The notes beneath the pieces were generated by a model. That model was not told where the DNA came from. It made no database searches and saw nothing but the letters and a program-made list of their open reading frames with translations. A stretch of DNA of 64,000 bases from Owenia fusiformis (taxonomy: Eukaryota): positions 20,398,001-20,462,000 of the forward strand of contig CAIIXF020000001.1 in assembly GCA_903813345.2 (NCBI GenBank), given 5' to 3'. The position numbers and the translations under genes were made by a program. Each line of letters begins with the position of its first letter. Within the stretch, counting starts at the first letter, position 1. Positions 52,291 to 64,000 of the stretch are shown here, piece after piece.

Positions 52291-53487
52291 TAACCAAGAG
52301 GCAGGTGTTTAATTTTCTAAAAAGAAATATGTACATCTTCATGTATGTTCTTGCCACTATGTATATTATAGCTAAATTATTTGCTAGACATATCAGCATA
52401 TGAAATCACATACTAGAATTCAAACAGCTTGTATGTTTGTTTTGAGAAAATCCAGTTTTCATGTATGAAGAATAAGGTTTACTAACTACCTGTTCATGCT
52501 AACATCTCCCTAGTAATGAAGAAATAGGGGTCAAGTATTCAGGATTGTGAAGTATTCTTTGAGTCCATGGAAATTTTGTGAGATAATAGATGTCACTTAC
52601 CACTCTTAGCAATCAATGTACTTTTACAATTTACATGTAACTTGTAATTACCATTCCAACATAATAGTGTAAATATTTCGTACATTCCATTTATAAATGA
52701 ATATGTATTTTAATACAATGAATTGTACATAAGTAGTTAATTTTTATACTTTTTGATTTTTCTGTTGTATTATACTTTTTTAAAATAATGGTGTTGTCCA
52801 GTAGTAACTTGTCATGTTAGTTGACTGTAGAAATACTATGTAGACTGTGCATACTGAGAAAATGCATATTTTTAATAATGAAATGTATTACATGATCACC
52901 TTTAAATATTTGCAGTACAAAACCATTGTATTCCTGATCATCTACAATAATGTTTGTATATTTTGTAATTTATATATGTATTTTAGATAACGTACATTTA
53001 TTTGGACATACACACAACTTTTTTAAATCATGATTGTTGAATGAATAAAGTAAAATGAAACATTTTTGTAAATTCTTTTTTTTTGTTCATATGTGCATGT
53101 TTTAAAAACGCTTTAAAATGCCACAACTCTATCTCTCCACATTATGTACATTACATACAAACTTTTGTAGTTGCATAATATCAGTGGGACTAAGTAAAAC
53201 AAAAATAATGTTATTGAGCCTTAACTCTTGGTTGCCATGCGGATATGGTACTGTCGGTGAAATGTTGGCTTAGTTTTTTTTTTAGTTAGTTATCAATCCC
53301 ATGGAAACAACATCACTATAATGATGAATTTCATTTTCTAATTTATTAACTTATTGGAATCATTGGATAGTGGGTATTTTCATTCGAAGATAGATTAGAT
53401 AACTCGACATGAGATAACACCATTTGCAAACGACTAAGTGAATACGAAAGGACCTTGGTTGAATATTTTGTCAGTAGAGGTGGAAGA

Positions 53488-56400
53488 ATGGGTATGTTGG
53501 GTGTTGCATTGGCTAGTATGTTGTTAGGCCTAGTGGCTGGACATGGTCGTCTCATAGATCCTGCTGCAAGAAATTCTATGTGGAGATATGGTTTCAGCAA
53601 CCCACCAAACTATAATGACAATGAGTTATTTTGCGGAGGCTTCCAGGTGAGATATTGTACCTGATATAAAGAAATCCAAATACTGATTTGATTGATTTTC
53701 AATTATTTCGATATTCTTTATTATTTCCATACTCTTTAAGGTCGACAGAGTTTCAATTTAACTTTGATATCATAATAGTACAAGTATGTGAAATCATAAA
53801 TCACAAGAAAAAATCACTCAGAAAGTTTTCTCAAAAGGGGCTCATGGATAATGCGTATCACAGTTAGCTAAAATTTTTCTGAAGGAAAGACTGAGAGAGA
53901 CGTAATAAATGAAAGATGTATTTTTTAGTGCACCAAAAATTGAAATCTTCCAAAATATATGTCCCCGGTCATGGTATACATACGCAATCTTTCGTAATAT
54001 ATAGGGGTTATGCACTGGGAGGTTTTGGATACAGGGAATATCCCGAGGGATATACAATATATCTTCCCGAGGGAAGATGTATTGTATATCCCAAGGGATA
54101 TTCCATGTATCCAAACCGACCGTGCATAACTGGTGTATCTCATACTTGAGTGGGTTTAGGGTAGATATAACCTTTTCCACCTTTTTCAAATGACAAGATA
54201 TTTATATTTAACATTTTCGTAATATTCTTTTTGTTCAATACAATAAAATTGTAACATTTAAACTTAAAAAAATAAATTTTAAAATTAAAAAATTAAAACT
54301 TTTGATATTTAAACTTTTTTAAACTTTTGAAAAATTCCCGGGAGCGGGATGGATATATTATATCTGTCCGCATTTGGCCTGGAGCGGGACATATACAATA
54401 TATCCTGCCCGCTCCTCAGATACGATATATATATTGCAAGTATGAGATACTACTGAATAGACAGGTTTGTCAATCCTTGTGATACCAAAAAACTGAGACT
54501 AACGTACATGGACGAATTTACAGTCTGTCTGGGACATGATATAATATTGTGGTTCAATTCAATCAAAAAGAAAACAATTGTGATGAATAAATATAGAACC
54601 AGAAAACCTTAGGAGGAAAATGTGGAGTATGCGGCGACCCCTACCAAGGTCCAAGACCACACGAGGCAGGGGGCAAGTATGCAAATGGGATCAGTGCTAA
54701 GACCTACAAACAAGGACAGGTTGCAGAGGTCAAGGTTGAACTAACAACTGGCCACTTGGGTTGGATGGAATTTAGGTAATATAGGCGATTAATTTAGAAA
54801 GACGAATTACATTAAAATAATAATAACTTAAGTTCATTTACTTCAGAATAAAATGTTTTTTTTTAAATAGTCCATTATCATTATTGACTAATATATTTTT
54901 CGACCATAGAATTGTTCACTTAAATTGTTTCCTAAACTTTGTTAAAGTGCATGCTCCTCCCATAGTGAAATAGCCAATTTTTGTACAAATGGAAAATATA
55001 AGTTGTAGGTGAAATTCAAATAATGAGATACAATCACCTTTATATCAAATATTACCAAAAGGTTATGCAAATGGGACAATCCCACTAAAGTAATCACTAA
55101 GGATTGTCTTGATAAGAATGTACTACAGCTAGCCGATGGTTCAGGCACCAGGGTCCCTATCGATAACACAAAGAGGTTCATCACTGCCAGGTTGCAACTT
55201 CCCAAACATATCACATGTACACAATGTGTTATGCAATGGTACTATCATGCAGGTATTGTTGACATATATCGCCGTTTCATTAAAGTGTGGGTAGTGTAGT
55301 GTTTCGTACAAGTACATGTACCCTCTGTAAAGAAAAAAAGGTGCATGGTCCTTTATCAGTCATAACATTTTCATAATTTTGTATGATATTACTTAATTCT
55401 TGGAGGAACGTGGCATTAATTAAATTTGAAAAGATTAGATGAAAATTTAAAAACGTTAGCGATGGTTAAATACATTGTCTCACAAACTCACTAGTGTGAC
55501 TTTTTCCATTTTTCCTCTAAGCCAAGGATATCATTTTCTATATGTTATATTCTTCATACCATTGTAAAGCCTGTCCCAAACTGGTCATAACTGACAGGTT
55601 TAAAATAAACATTGACACACTGACAGAAAATCATAGAAGTGCCAAAACCCGCCTAAAACATGGTTTTTAGACAATTTTACGCCTCAAATAGCATTGAAAT
55701 TAGGGATAGGATGTAACCATTTGCTCAATAAACACATATATACATGTATATCACATCTGACATAAATTTGGGTATGTTAAGTATAGGATGTATAATATAT
55801 ATATGGATCATTGAGAAAGATTAAGGGTTATAATTATCTGACAATTTCCAGTTTATTGTAATATATGTTACCCCTACCCTAACTTTGAACTGAGAAGAGG
55901 CCTCTGAATCTGAAGGATATTACCTCAGATTTAATAACAAAATGGTTGTAATAAATCGGACTTTCATGATATAACTGATATTTTTCACAAAGTTTTATTG
56001 GATTGAAAACGTTTTAAAATGATGTATTCCTCTAAATATAACTAACAATTTAACTTCATGTCTCAGAAGATCCCCTTCCTGAGCACATTGCTGGGTATAG
56101 GATTTCTCAAATTTATGACGTCGATTTATGGTAAAAACACATACTCACGATTTTGGGAGTTGTTCTATTCAACCCTTTTTTACTTTTTACCATATTTAAG
56201 AAGTTCTTTGAAATTTTATACATTTGGCCAAAATATACATACATTATACCTCTGAATGTTTGGTCTGATAATAACGAAAAATAACGAAAAGATATGATTG
56301 GTAAAAGCATGGGCTTTCAATTATCTAGTTGAAAGCCCATGGTAAAAGACATTGCACCCTTTTTTCTTTGCAGAGGGTAGATATTTAAAGTCAAAATTTG

Positions 56401-57688
56401 TTAGATTTCTAGTTATAACTAAAAATTTTTAAAGTACACTCAAAGTGAAATCGGTCGCGAGAAAGAGAGTTATGCCATACCGATATCTTGCATTTTAGTT
56501 TTGATTTATGTTTGTTCTTGCTATTGTTGACATTTTCACCAGATTTCATTTTTCAATGTTCAAAAAACAGAAAAGATTTTGAAAATCGTTCAGTTTCTTA
56601 GTTTATTTGTAATATTTCATTTCTTGGAGCTTCTTGCCTATTTTTACAACGTACAATCACCCATTTTTGCAGTGTGCTACCCCCAGGTGGTCAAACTTGG
56701 CTTTTCATTTCATGTTATTAGATCTTATTAGTAATTAAATGTATATTTTCCGTCCAGGGAACAATTGGGGCTGTGAGAGTAATGGTCGGTGTTGTAAAGG
56801 ATGTGGGCCACAAGAGGAGTTCAAAAACTGTGCCGATATAGCCATTGTGGGGGACAGCTCAGTAACACAGGTATTAGAAGAAGAATGTCATCAACACATG
56901 AAGCAAAATGATCTAGTGTTAATAAAACTAGGGTATATGAAAATGTAGTTGAAAAGTAGCAAGGCATTAACAGACAAAATGTCACCACCTGCCATTTGTT
57001 ACAGACACCGAACGCTAGACGCAGACCTCCGAACACTGTCCACAAAAAGGTTCAAGACTATAACAATGACATCACTTGTGGTGGTGCCATAATAAATGAT
57101 CTTTCTCCATGTACATTTTTCCCAAAAGTGCAAAATTTGTTTTATGTTATACTCACTATCGGTAAATCAGAAGCTTGGAAACAATTTAGCTACAAAATTA
57201 GTCTCTGATAATGAGTAAAAACATTTGCTTGTGTTATTTTTAACCTTACTCCTGTTATTTCTCTAGGACCCCGAGGTGGCCACTAGAACAGAAAGTAGCA
57301 CAACTGCAAAAGCGAGCACAAAGGCGAAAGTGAGCACAACTACCCCACCTACAGCTAAGCCAACTAGGCCTACACCAATAGTGAGGTACAAAATTGAAAG
57401 TACAGCAAAAATACTAATCTAGTACTGTGAGGTCAATATGATGAACTTTTGAATGAAGCAATTCATAAGTAACGATAGGTTCAGATAAAACCACCACTTT
57501 GTTATAGACCATACATTTTATTAGTAATTTCACGTGTGTGTTTCAGCACTACCCCCATAGTAAGACCATCACCCCGTACTGGGTGTAGGGCAGCTGAGGG
57601 GCCCTTCAGGAACCAACCAGGTCTAGATAAGTATTGTGAGATAAACTGTGCCAGAGGACACTGCCCTGCAACTCACTGTGTTTGCTAG
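53488..57688 (+). CDS. Secreted AA15-type lytic polysaccharide monooxygenase (chitin-binding type-4 fold) with Thr/Pro linker and Cys-rich C-terminal module
   Basis: Exons 53488-53646, 54597-54775, 55062-55252, 56758-56870, 57267-57385, 57547-57688. Signal peptide then His1 (VAG|HGRLIDPAARNSMWRYGF..NYNDNELFCGG), KCGVCGDP, LTTGHLGWMEFRLC, CTQCVMQWYYHAGNNWG, GCGPQEEFKNCADI; tail DKYCEINCARGHCPATHCVC*. Confidence 0.92.
54030..54416. repeat. Palindromic repeats in LPMO intron 1
   Basis: Hairpins ggaatatccc..gggatatacaat...attgtatatccc..gggatattcc (~54034-54104) and ggagcggg...cccgctcc (~54341-54415). Confidence 0.6.
55321..56377. mobile_element. Non-autonomous DNA transposon with CCC termini and TA duplication
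   Basis: TIRs CCCTCTGTAAAGAAAAAAAGGTGCA...TGCACCCTTTTTTCTTTGCAGAGGG, with TA on both flanks. Confidence 0.8.
56958..57048 (+). repeat. Dispersed short interspersed repeat (HINE-like), one of about 6 copies
   Basis: Core aaggcattaaca..caaaatgtcaccacctgccatttgttacaga also occurs at ~88-135 (+), ~30548-30580 (+), ~37478-37525 (-), ~38505-38546 (-) and ~45290-45338 (-). Confidence 0.7.
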
Positions 57689-59262
57689 AGGACACTTTAT
57701 TTGAGGATATTAAGCTGATTTAAGGTGAACAGAGGGGGATCAGAGTCCCCATAAATTACCACATAAATTGAAATATTGATGCCAGTTAAGAAAATTACAT
57801 GAAGGCATTGGTCGTTAACAATGTTTTGTCTTCAGATGTGCTGACAGAACACCATGAAATAAGTACACCTTTGATGTTACTACTATTATAATTTTTGATT
57901 ATTTTTGAACAATAAAACATAATAGCAAATTCTGTACTATACATGTATTTGTTGTATACGTAAACAATAACATTTTCGATATTATCTCTTGATACATGAA
58001 TTACATGTACACCAAACACATAGAGGATTTGAAAAGGCAAAACTAAAGGTCTAATATGAAAATATCAATTTTGAACAGTCTCAAAACAAAGCATTCAAGT
58101 TTAAAACTACATGTAATTGTATCTTTGTAGTCAAAAACATTTCGATAGATTTTACCTGTGATCTGGCACTTAACATAAAATACTGAGGCAATTTGCCTCT
58201 ATTTAAACTAATGCTTGAAAATCATCGTGAATTTAGCATCATGTTTCAATCCAGCCATGATGTGAGTAGAAGTTTTGTATTTAATCGTATATATATTAAT
58301 CAAAATGTTCCTCTGGAGGGCTAGTCAGAATTCAATCTAAAATGCGAATGCACATGAAATGTTTCTCTTGAAAGTTTACTGTTATAAAATAATACTAACT
58401 AGTGCCTTAATTAATAGATTTTCATACCTACAATATAATGAAAATTACATTTATTGTCAATAGTAAGCTATTATTGCAATGATCCCTTGGACACTATATA
58501 CATGCATAATAATATATATGTAAAACACATGAATTGGGATGACCCAAATACATCATATCAAAACTACTATGTAAAATATACATGGAAAACTATACAAATC
58601 TCACTTTGTCAAAACAACAGAGTCGAGATGATAACAAAAACAGCATATTTAAGACAATCTAAATCTACATTCTTGATGCAGGCCATTTGTCAAAGAATGG
58701 CCAAACTGTTATTAAACCACCTTCATTGAAATAATCTTTCAATGATAATACTAATCATATAATAATAATATAATAGTAATATGTATCAAACACGACCTTT
58801 AAACTAGCCTAGAGGTGTTCATTTTATATCATGTAACTTTTTGAATTTGTGTTATTTTTTCAATGACCTCCGATTAACTTTTGATTGATAGGTCAATTTT
58901 GATATCATATTGATTATTTATGCACAGTGAATCCTGTCATATAGTGAACATCTCACTGCAACACAACTTGTTTACACCAAATGTGTTCACTGAACACAGG
59001 TTTCACTGTATACACTATACACCATCCTGTTGTCAATACCAGATTCAATTAATATCTTATTCACCTCTTAAAATGGAAGCTACAACATCAGTATTCTGAT
59101 ATTCCACTCATGGTGTAACATATCAAAGTTCCAGCTCAATCAGATGGTTTTTACATCATCTATAAGGAAATCACACCAACAAGTCCATATTTCAATAGTG
59201 ACAAGTAGCCCTGGAATCGATAAGATGGACACACCCTGATTCCAATGTTGGATCCATATTGA

Positions 59263-61747
59263 CTATGACTGAATCCACGATGTTATAATTAGCAGCGTCA
59301 ATGTACTTATAAGTATTGCTATTGGATTGTGTGTAAGTTCTATTGCTGTGCCAAACACATTTTCGTCAAAGTCAAAGCAGGGTCGACTACCATCTGCTAT
59401 AGCAAAGTTCTGACCCTCACAGAAAGCCTCGCCATTGGAATATGCCTCACCTGAAAAGAATCACAGGATTGATCAATATGACTAATATCACACGATTTCT
59501 AGTTCAGTTTCGAAATACATGTACTGTAATAACAATTTTACTAGATTTCCAAGAAAATCTCCATGCCTTCACTATTACAACTGGCAATTCTCGAAATCGT
59601 TGTTCCCTCTTCAAAAGAGGAGATGCGAAAATCTCTCCGTAAAAGGTCAAAATATTTTTCATGATGCAGTTCGCGGAGGAACAAATTTATACTTCCTTGT
59701 TTTCCCTCATAGGTTTAACATGGGGATATTCACACCTATTTTTCAAACGATATATTCGTTCATATTCCTGTATGAGAGTACAGAAAAAATTATTAGAAAC
59801 GATTGATCTCTTATTTTATCTAATATAACAGCTATTATTATCATTGTATTGATTCATAGCGAGGTGAAAACGATGATTGAAAAGTGAGAAAATATTCGCC
59901 ATATTGTAAAAAACAATTCCATTCGACTTTCAATATGTTCATGCCAATCTTACAGCGCTACAAACTGCAGCATCGATGCAACAACTGAATAAAAAATATT
60001 CATCTTCAAATTACACTATAGAGTTACGTTGAAAACCCACAACTGTGCAGTAGACCAAACAAGATGCGTCGCTATTATCTAGGTCAATCTGTTCAGTGGT
60101 CTGAAAGCAAATCTATAGTACTCGTTTCCGAACTTTGTTGTTCATTGTACAATCTTTTATTGATTAAACTCGGTATACTGACTATTAAAGCAATGACAAA
60201 TAAGAATACTTCCGATGGTGTTATTGTTTTATTTAGCGTGCGGGTGTAAAAACAAAATTGCGTAATTAGATTGATTTAGAACTTTCGGGTCACGCAAATA
60301 GCTACGCGAAATGCATAGTGGGAAAATATTGACCAATCAAACTTTGTCCTTTTTGAGTGCTTTTTGAGTACATATTTGCCAACGTTCTGATTCATAGCGA
60401 ACCGCGAAGGGGAGAATTACAGATAAATATTCCTATAGAATGCTGTTATTCAAAGACATACAGGGAAATTCATCAAAGAATTAAAAAAATTTCCAAAAAC
60501 ACAAAGGGAGACAAAGGGATGTTTTGTATGTTTGCAATAATTTGATTTTAAATCTATTAATATGACAGTCAGATCAGTAATAATTAAATAACTTATCCCA
60601 AGTGTCAAAATATTTGTGTTTATTGTTTTTTTGTAATCAAATAGCATCTCCAGTCTCCACTGTGCTAATTTTGGTGCCCATAATATAAATTGCATGAACT
60701 TGCAAGGAAACAAGGAAAATTATTGGGTAAAGATTTACGTGAGTATCTCAAGTCATGTTGAGTCATACCTCTTGTAAAGTAAAGGGGACCATAATAATAG
60801 GTGTTCAACCTAAGTAGACAAATACTAATACAAATCTTTACCTATCTTCTTTCCTTTGTAATCTGCTGTTCTACATGATTCAAATAGATCTGTGCAGTAG
60901 GACGAACAGAGATAAGCTTTCCTGAAAGAAAATATGAACCTATTTTACATTACGCAACATGTGAGCTGATTTAAATAGGTACTTGAAATAACTCAAGAAA
61001 TTTGAAAGAGGGTATATCTATTTCAAGGGCATTTCTCAAAAACATTTTTTTTGCTTTAAATCTTATTTTGCTAAAACATTTATGGGAAATCTTAAGACCC
61101 ATGAGGGACTTCCTATGGTTGATTTAAGGTTAGTGCCATATTTTTAAGCTATCTTGTTGAACATATCATCACATGAACGCATAAACTTAAGCAAAATACA
61201 TATCATCAATACATTTACTTATACTTGGCATGTAAATAATACTTAAAGGTACCCCCCCACGAACCCCGTCTGCCACGGGCCTGACTTACTTACTTAAAGT
61301 TACATGTACTTGTCATCGCATCAATATATCCACTTGTCAAACCATGTGCATACTTGTCATACTATTGATACACGTAATGTACTATATGTACTAACTAGTC
61401 ATACCATGAGTAAATAATACTTGTTTTGCTATATGTATTTACTTACTGCAATTGTCATGCCATTCAATGTAATTGCCATAGATACCATCAATATATTACT
61501 TACTTGTCATACCATCTATGTTGCTCAGGGCTACAGAAGTAGCACATCATGTAATTGATTTTATTACGGCAATCAACTGTAGCATCATGTAGGGGCAACA
61601 TCCCTCCAAACACAGACGTCACCTCTGTACGCTTGCAGCATGCCTTCTCAGAGTACCATGAACAATTCACTAAGCCAGACTCGGGGGATGCATATCTCGA
61701 TGATTCTTCAAGCAAGAATGAAAGATGTAAATAGGAGTAACACATAG
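59263..61747 (-). CDS. Cys-rich folate-receptor-family-like protein, probably GPI-anchored (5' exon(s) not identified)
   Basis: Exons 61747-61504, 60921-60842, 59450-59263 splice in frame: MCYSY...GLVNCSWYSEKACC...CRNKINYMMCYFCSPEQHRWY..KAYLCSSYCTDLFESC...YSNGEAFCEGQNF...CFDFD, ending in a hydrophobic tail (PIAILISTLTLLIITSWIQS*). The family call rests on cysteine spacing only. Confidence 0.75.
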
Positions 61748-63134
61748 CTACACAAAAATGACACTAAGCCTTTATCAATCACCAGTTTAGTCCTATGGAT
61801 TATGAAAGTGATTTTACATGTAATTTCTACTCCCACCATAATAATAGCTTATTCAATTATGTGACCAGCTGACTGATAATACAGTAGTGATTTACTCACT
61901 TCGAGAGCCATGTTAGATTTTGAAACTTATGGCTCTTCAATGGAGAAATGGACAGTGACCTTTGAAACACGAATTAAGGTGATCAGCGGCTTACTTTTGT
62001 TCTCTAACTATGTCATACATCATTATCATCCTTCCGTGCAAGTATTGAAGTGCTGAAGTACTTTCTTTTCAATCAAGACTTGGAATTGTTAGCTGAGTGA
62101 TAGTTTTTTCTGCCAAATTCCAATATGGCGTTTTCTGCTCGGACATTTCCATAAATCTCCGGAGGTTGTTCGAACCTCTAACTCATTCTCAAAATTCAAT
62201 TCGTTTGTTGCATCATGGGCTTTCAACGAAGCCCATGGTTGCGTATCTCACTCCTAGCAAACCGCCATATTGGAAATGGGTCGAAAAAACATTCACTCGA
62301 TGAACAATTTACAAGTCTTGATCGAAAAAGAAGTATTTCAGCGCTCCAATACTTGCACGGATGGATGATACTGAAGTAAGACACAGTTAGATACCAAAGG
62401 TAAGCTGCTGATATTATTCATGTTTAAAGGTCACTATTATTCAGCTGTCCAGTGCACCGTGGGAAAGCTTTTGTATTGTATTGTATTTTGTTTACCACCA
62501 ATGAAGGTGAGCAATACCTCTTGGGTATATCCCGCATATAACTGTCGTGATCTACGTAATTAACCTGGAAGATAGACCCGGAAACCCCTCCTTGAAGGAG
62601 GGTTTGTAGAAAAAACCGGGTACCAGGTAGTAAATCCTCAATGCTGGGTTCAAACTTGGTACCCGGTCGAAAAAACCGGGTACCCAAAAAACAAAGTGTA
62701 AAACGTGTAAGATTTGTTTTGAATTTACAAAAATGTATGTAACTTCCTTCAAAATTGAGCTAGAAGCTTCAAATAAAAAGCATATTTTGGGACAACTTAA
62801 ATTATGATTAATAATTAAAATCTTACACGTTGCATCATGTAAATTAATACACGTCACCTCTCTGCTAAAGTAACGATAGCTATTTACAGAATTAAATCAT
62901 AATCAAAACAATTCACGTACCAACATAGGAACTATTGAAAATAGAGTAAGATTGATTTGTCTTGTTTTTCAAATCATATTACAATGTCACAAGCGTAGCC
63001 AGGAGGTGCGATGGTGAGATCGCACCCCTCCCCCCATAACCAATGAAAATATGAACATGATGATAGAGGAAGAAGAGAGCCTTAAAATGCTTTTTATTTG
63101 AAGCTTCTACAGTAAAATTTTAAATGTTAGTAAC

Positions 63135-63381
63135 TAGTGTTGTCGCGATGTGCCATAATCGTACATCGACGCATCGGCAATTTTCAGTAGTAAACATTGA
63201 TGCACATCGCGATGTACATCGAGAAAAAGTCCGAGAAAAGTGCACTGAAATACCGAACGCTAATGCACTAAAATACCGAACAGAACAAATTAATAAGAGT
63301 ACGCTGGTACATCCGGGGACTTCTAGTAAAGGAGAAATGAAACTAAAAGTAAATCTTTTTTAGATTAATGGTTCATTTCGA
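63135..63381 (+). mobile_element. Dispersed transposon end fragment (hAT-like terminus), copy B
   Basis: Reverse-complement match to 38056-38297. Confidence 0.75.
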
Positions 63382-64000
63382 AAGAAACCCAATTGAAAAA
63401 TAAAACTAATTACCAACTTATTACCAACTAATTTACAACTAATTATCAACAAATCTGCTGGCAATTGGAATTAAAGTTAAGCGTTAATTAAATCAATGAT
63501 AATTATGGCCTAATTATCAGTAGCAAGTTCAACGTAAATTAACTTACAATAATGCTGATTTATGATTTTTAGTTGATAATTAAGATATGAAATGTTTGAG
63601 GGTGATAGTTAGTGGTAAATTAAAACGTTTTTGTTCTGAAGTAGATTATTGGGTGATAGTTAACATATAGGATGATTATAATGATAATTAGTTGTAAATT
63701 AGGCCCATGATTTAGAAATACAAACCCCCTAAATTTAATTTCAAGATGGTGGAAAAAGAAAACATGTGAGAGATATTTCTCTCATAAAATTGAGAATTAC
63801 AATGTGAATGGTGCGTATACTACCATGAAATTTGGTCAACATTATTATAAGGGTATGTAGAACATGAATACAATGTATGTTAAATCTTATTCACACTTCT
63901 GTCTGAAATGTTTATGAATTTGAAAATCTTTTTGAATCAGATCATATAATATTAATCCTAGAATGCAATTTAGGTACTAACATGGGTTACCTATATTTCA

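Noticed and set aside
32643-61747. Functional cluster linking the esterase-like genes, LPMO and GPI protein
   Set aside because: All encode secreted or surface proteins, but adjacency in an animal genome is not evidence of a shared pathway without co-expression or conserved synteny.
62496-62564. Possible upstream exon of the folate-receptor-like gene
   Set aside because: It has AG/GT boundaries, but the frame needed to join the phase-1 acceptor at 61747 contains a stop and it encodes no signal peptide.

Overview
AT-rich eukaryotic (invertebrate animal, probably lophotrochozoan; taxon is inferred) genomic window with intron-rich genes, so most entries in the ORF track are exon fragments or noise. 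Exons were spliced by hand and checked for phase. From left to right: (1) the 5' part of an unidentified minus-strand gene sharing a compact bidirectional promoter with (2) a complete 10-exon Asx/ASXL gene (HARE-HTH, DEUBAD, C-terminal PHD); (3) a transposon-dense block (~16.9-31.9 kb) containing an intron-bearing CHMP1B copy with two premature stops in its last exon; (4, 5) two tandem, catalytically dead carboxylesterase/neuroligin-like type I membrane protein genes, the second with two duplicated alternative transmembrane terminal exons; (6) an AA15-type lytic polysaccharide monooxygenase gene; (7) the 3' exons of a minus-strand folate-receptor-like, probably GPI-anchored protein. The most unusual signal is a recurring 'splice-junction echo' architecture: three introns in two genes carry tandem copies of their own exon/intron boundary (10 acceptor copies and 9 donor copies in ASXL, about 6 degenerate donor copies in the folate-receptor-like gene). 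No rRNA, tRNA or CRISPR array was recognised.
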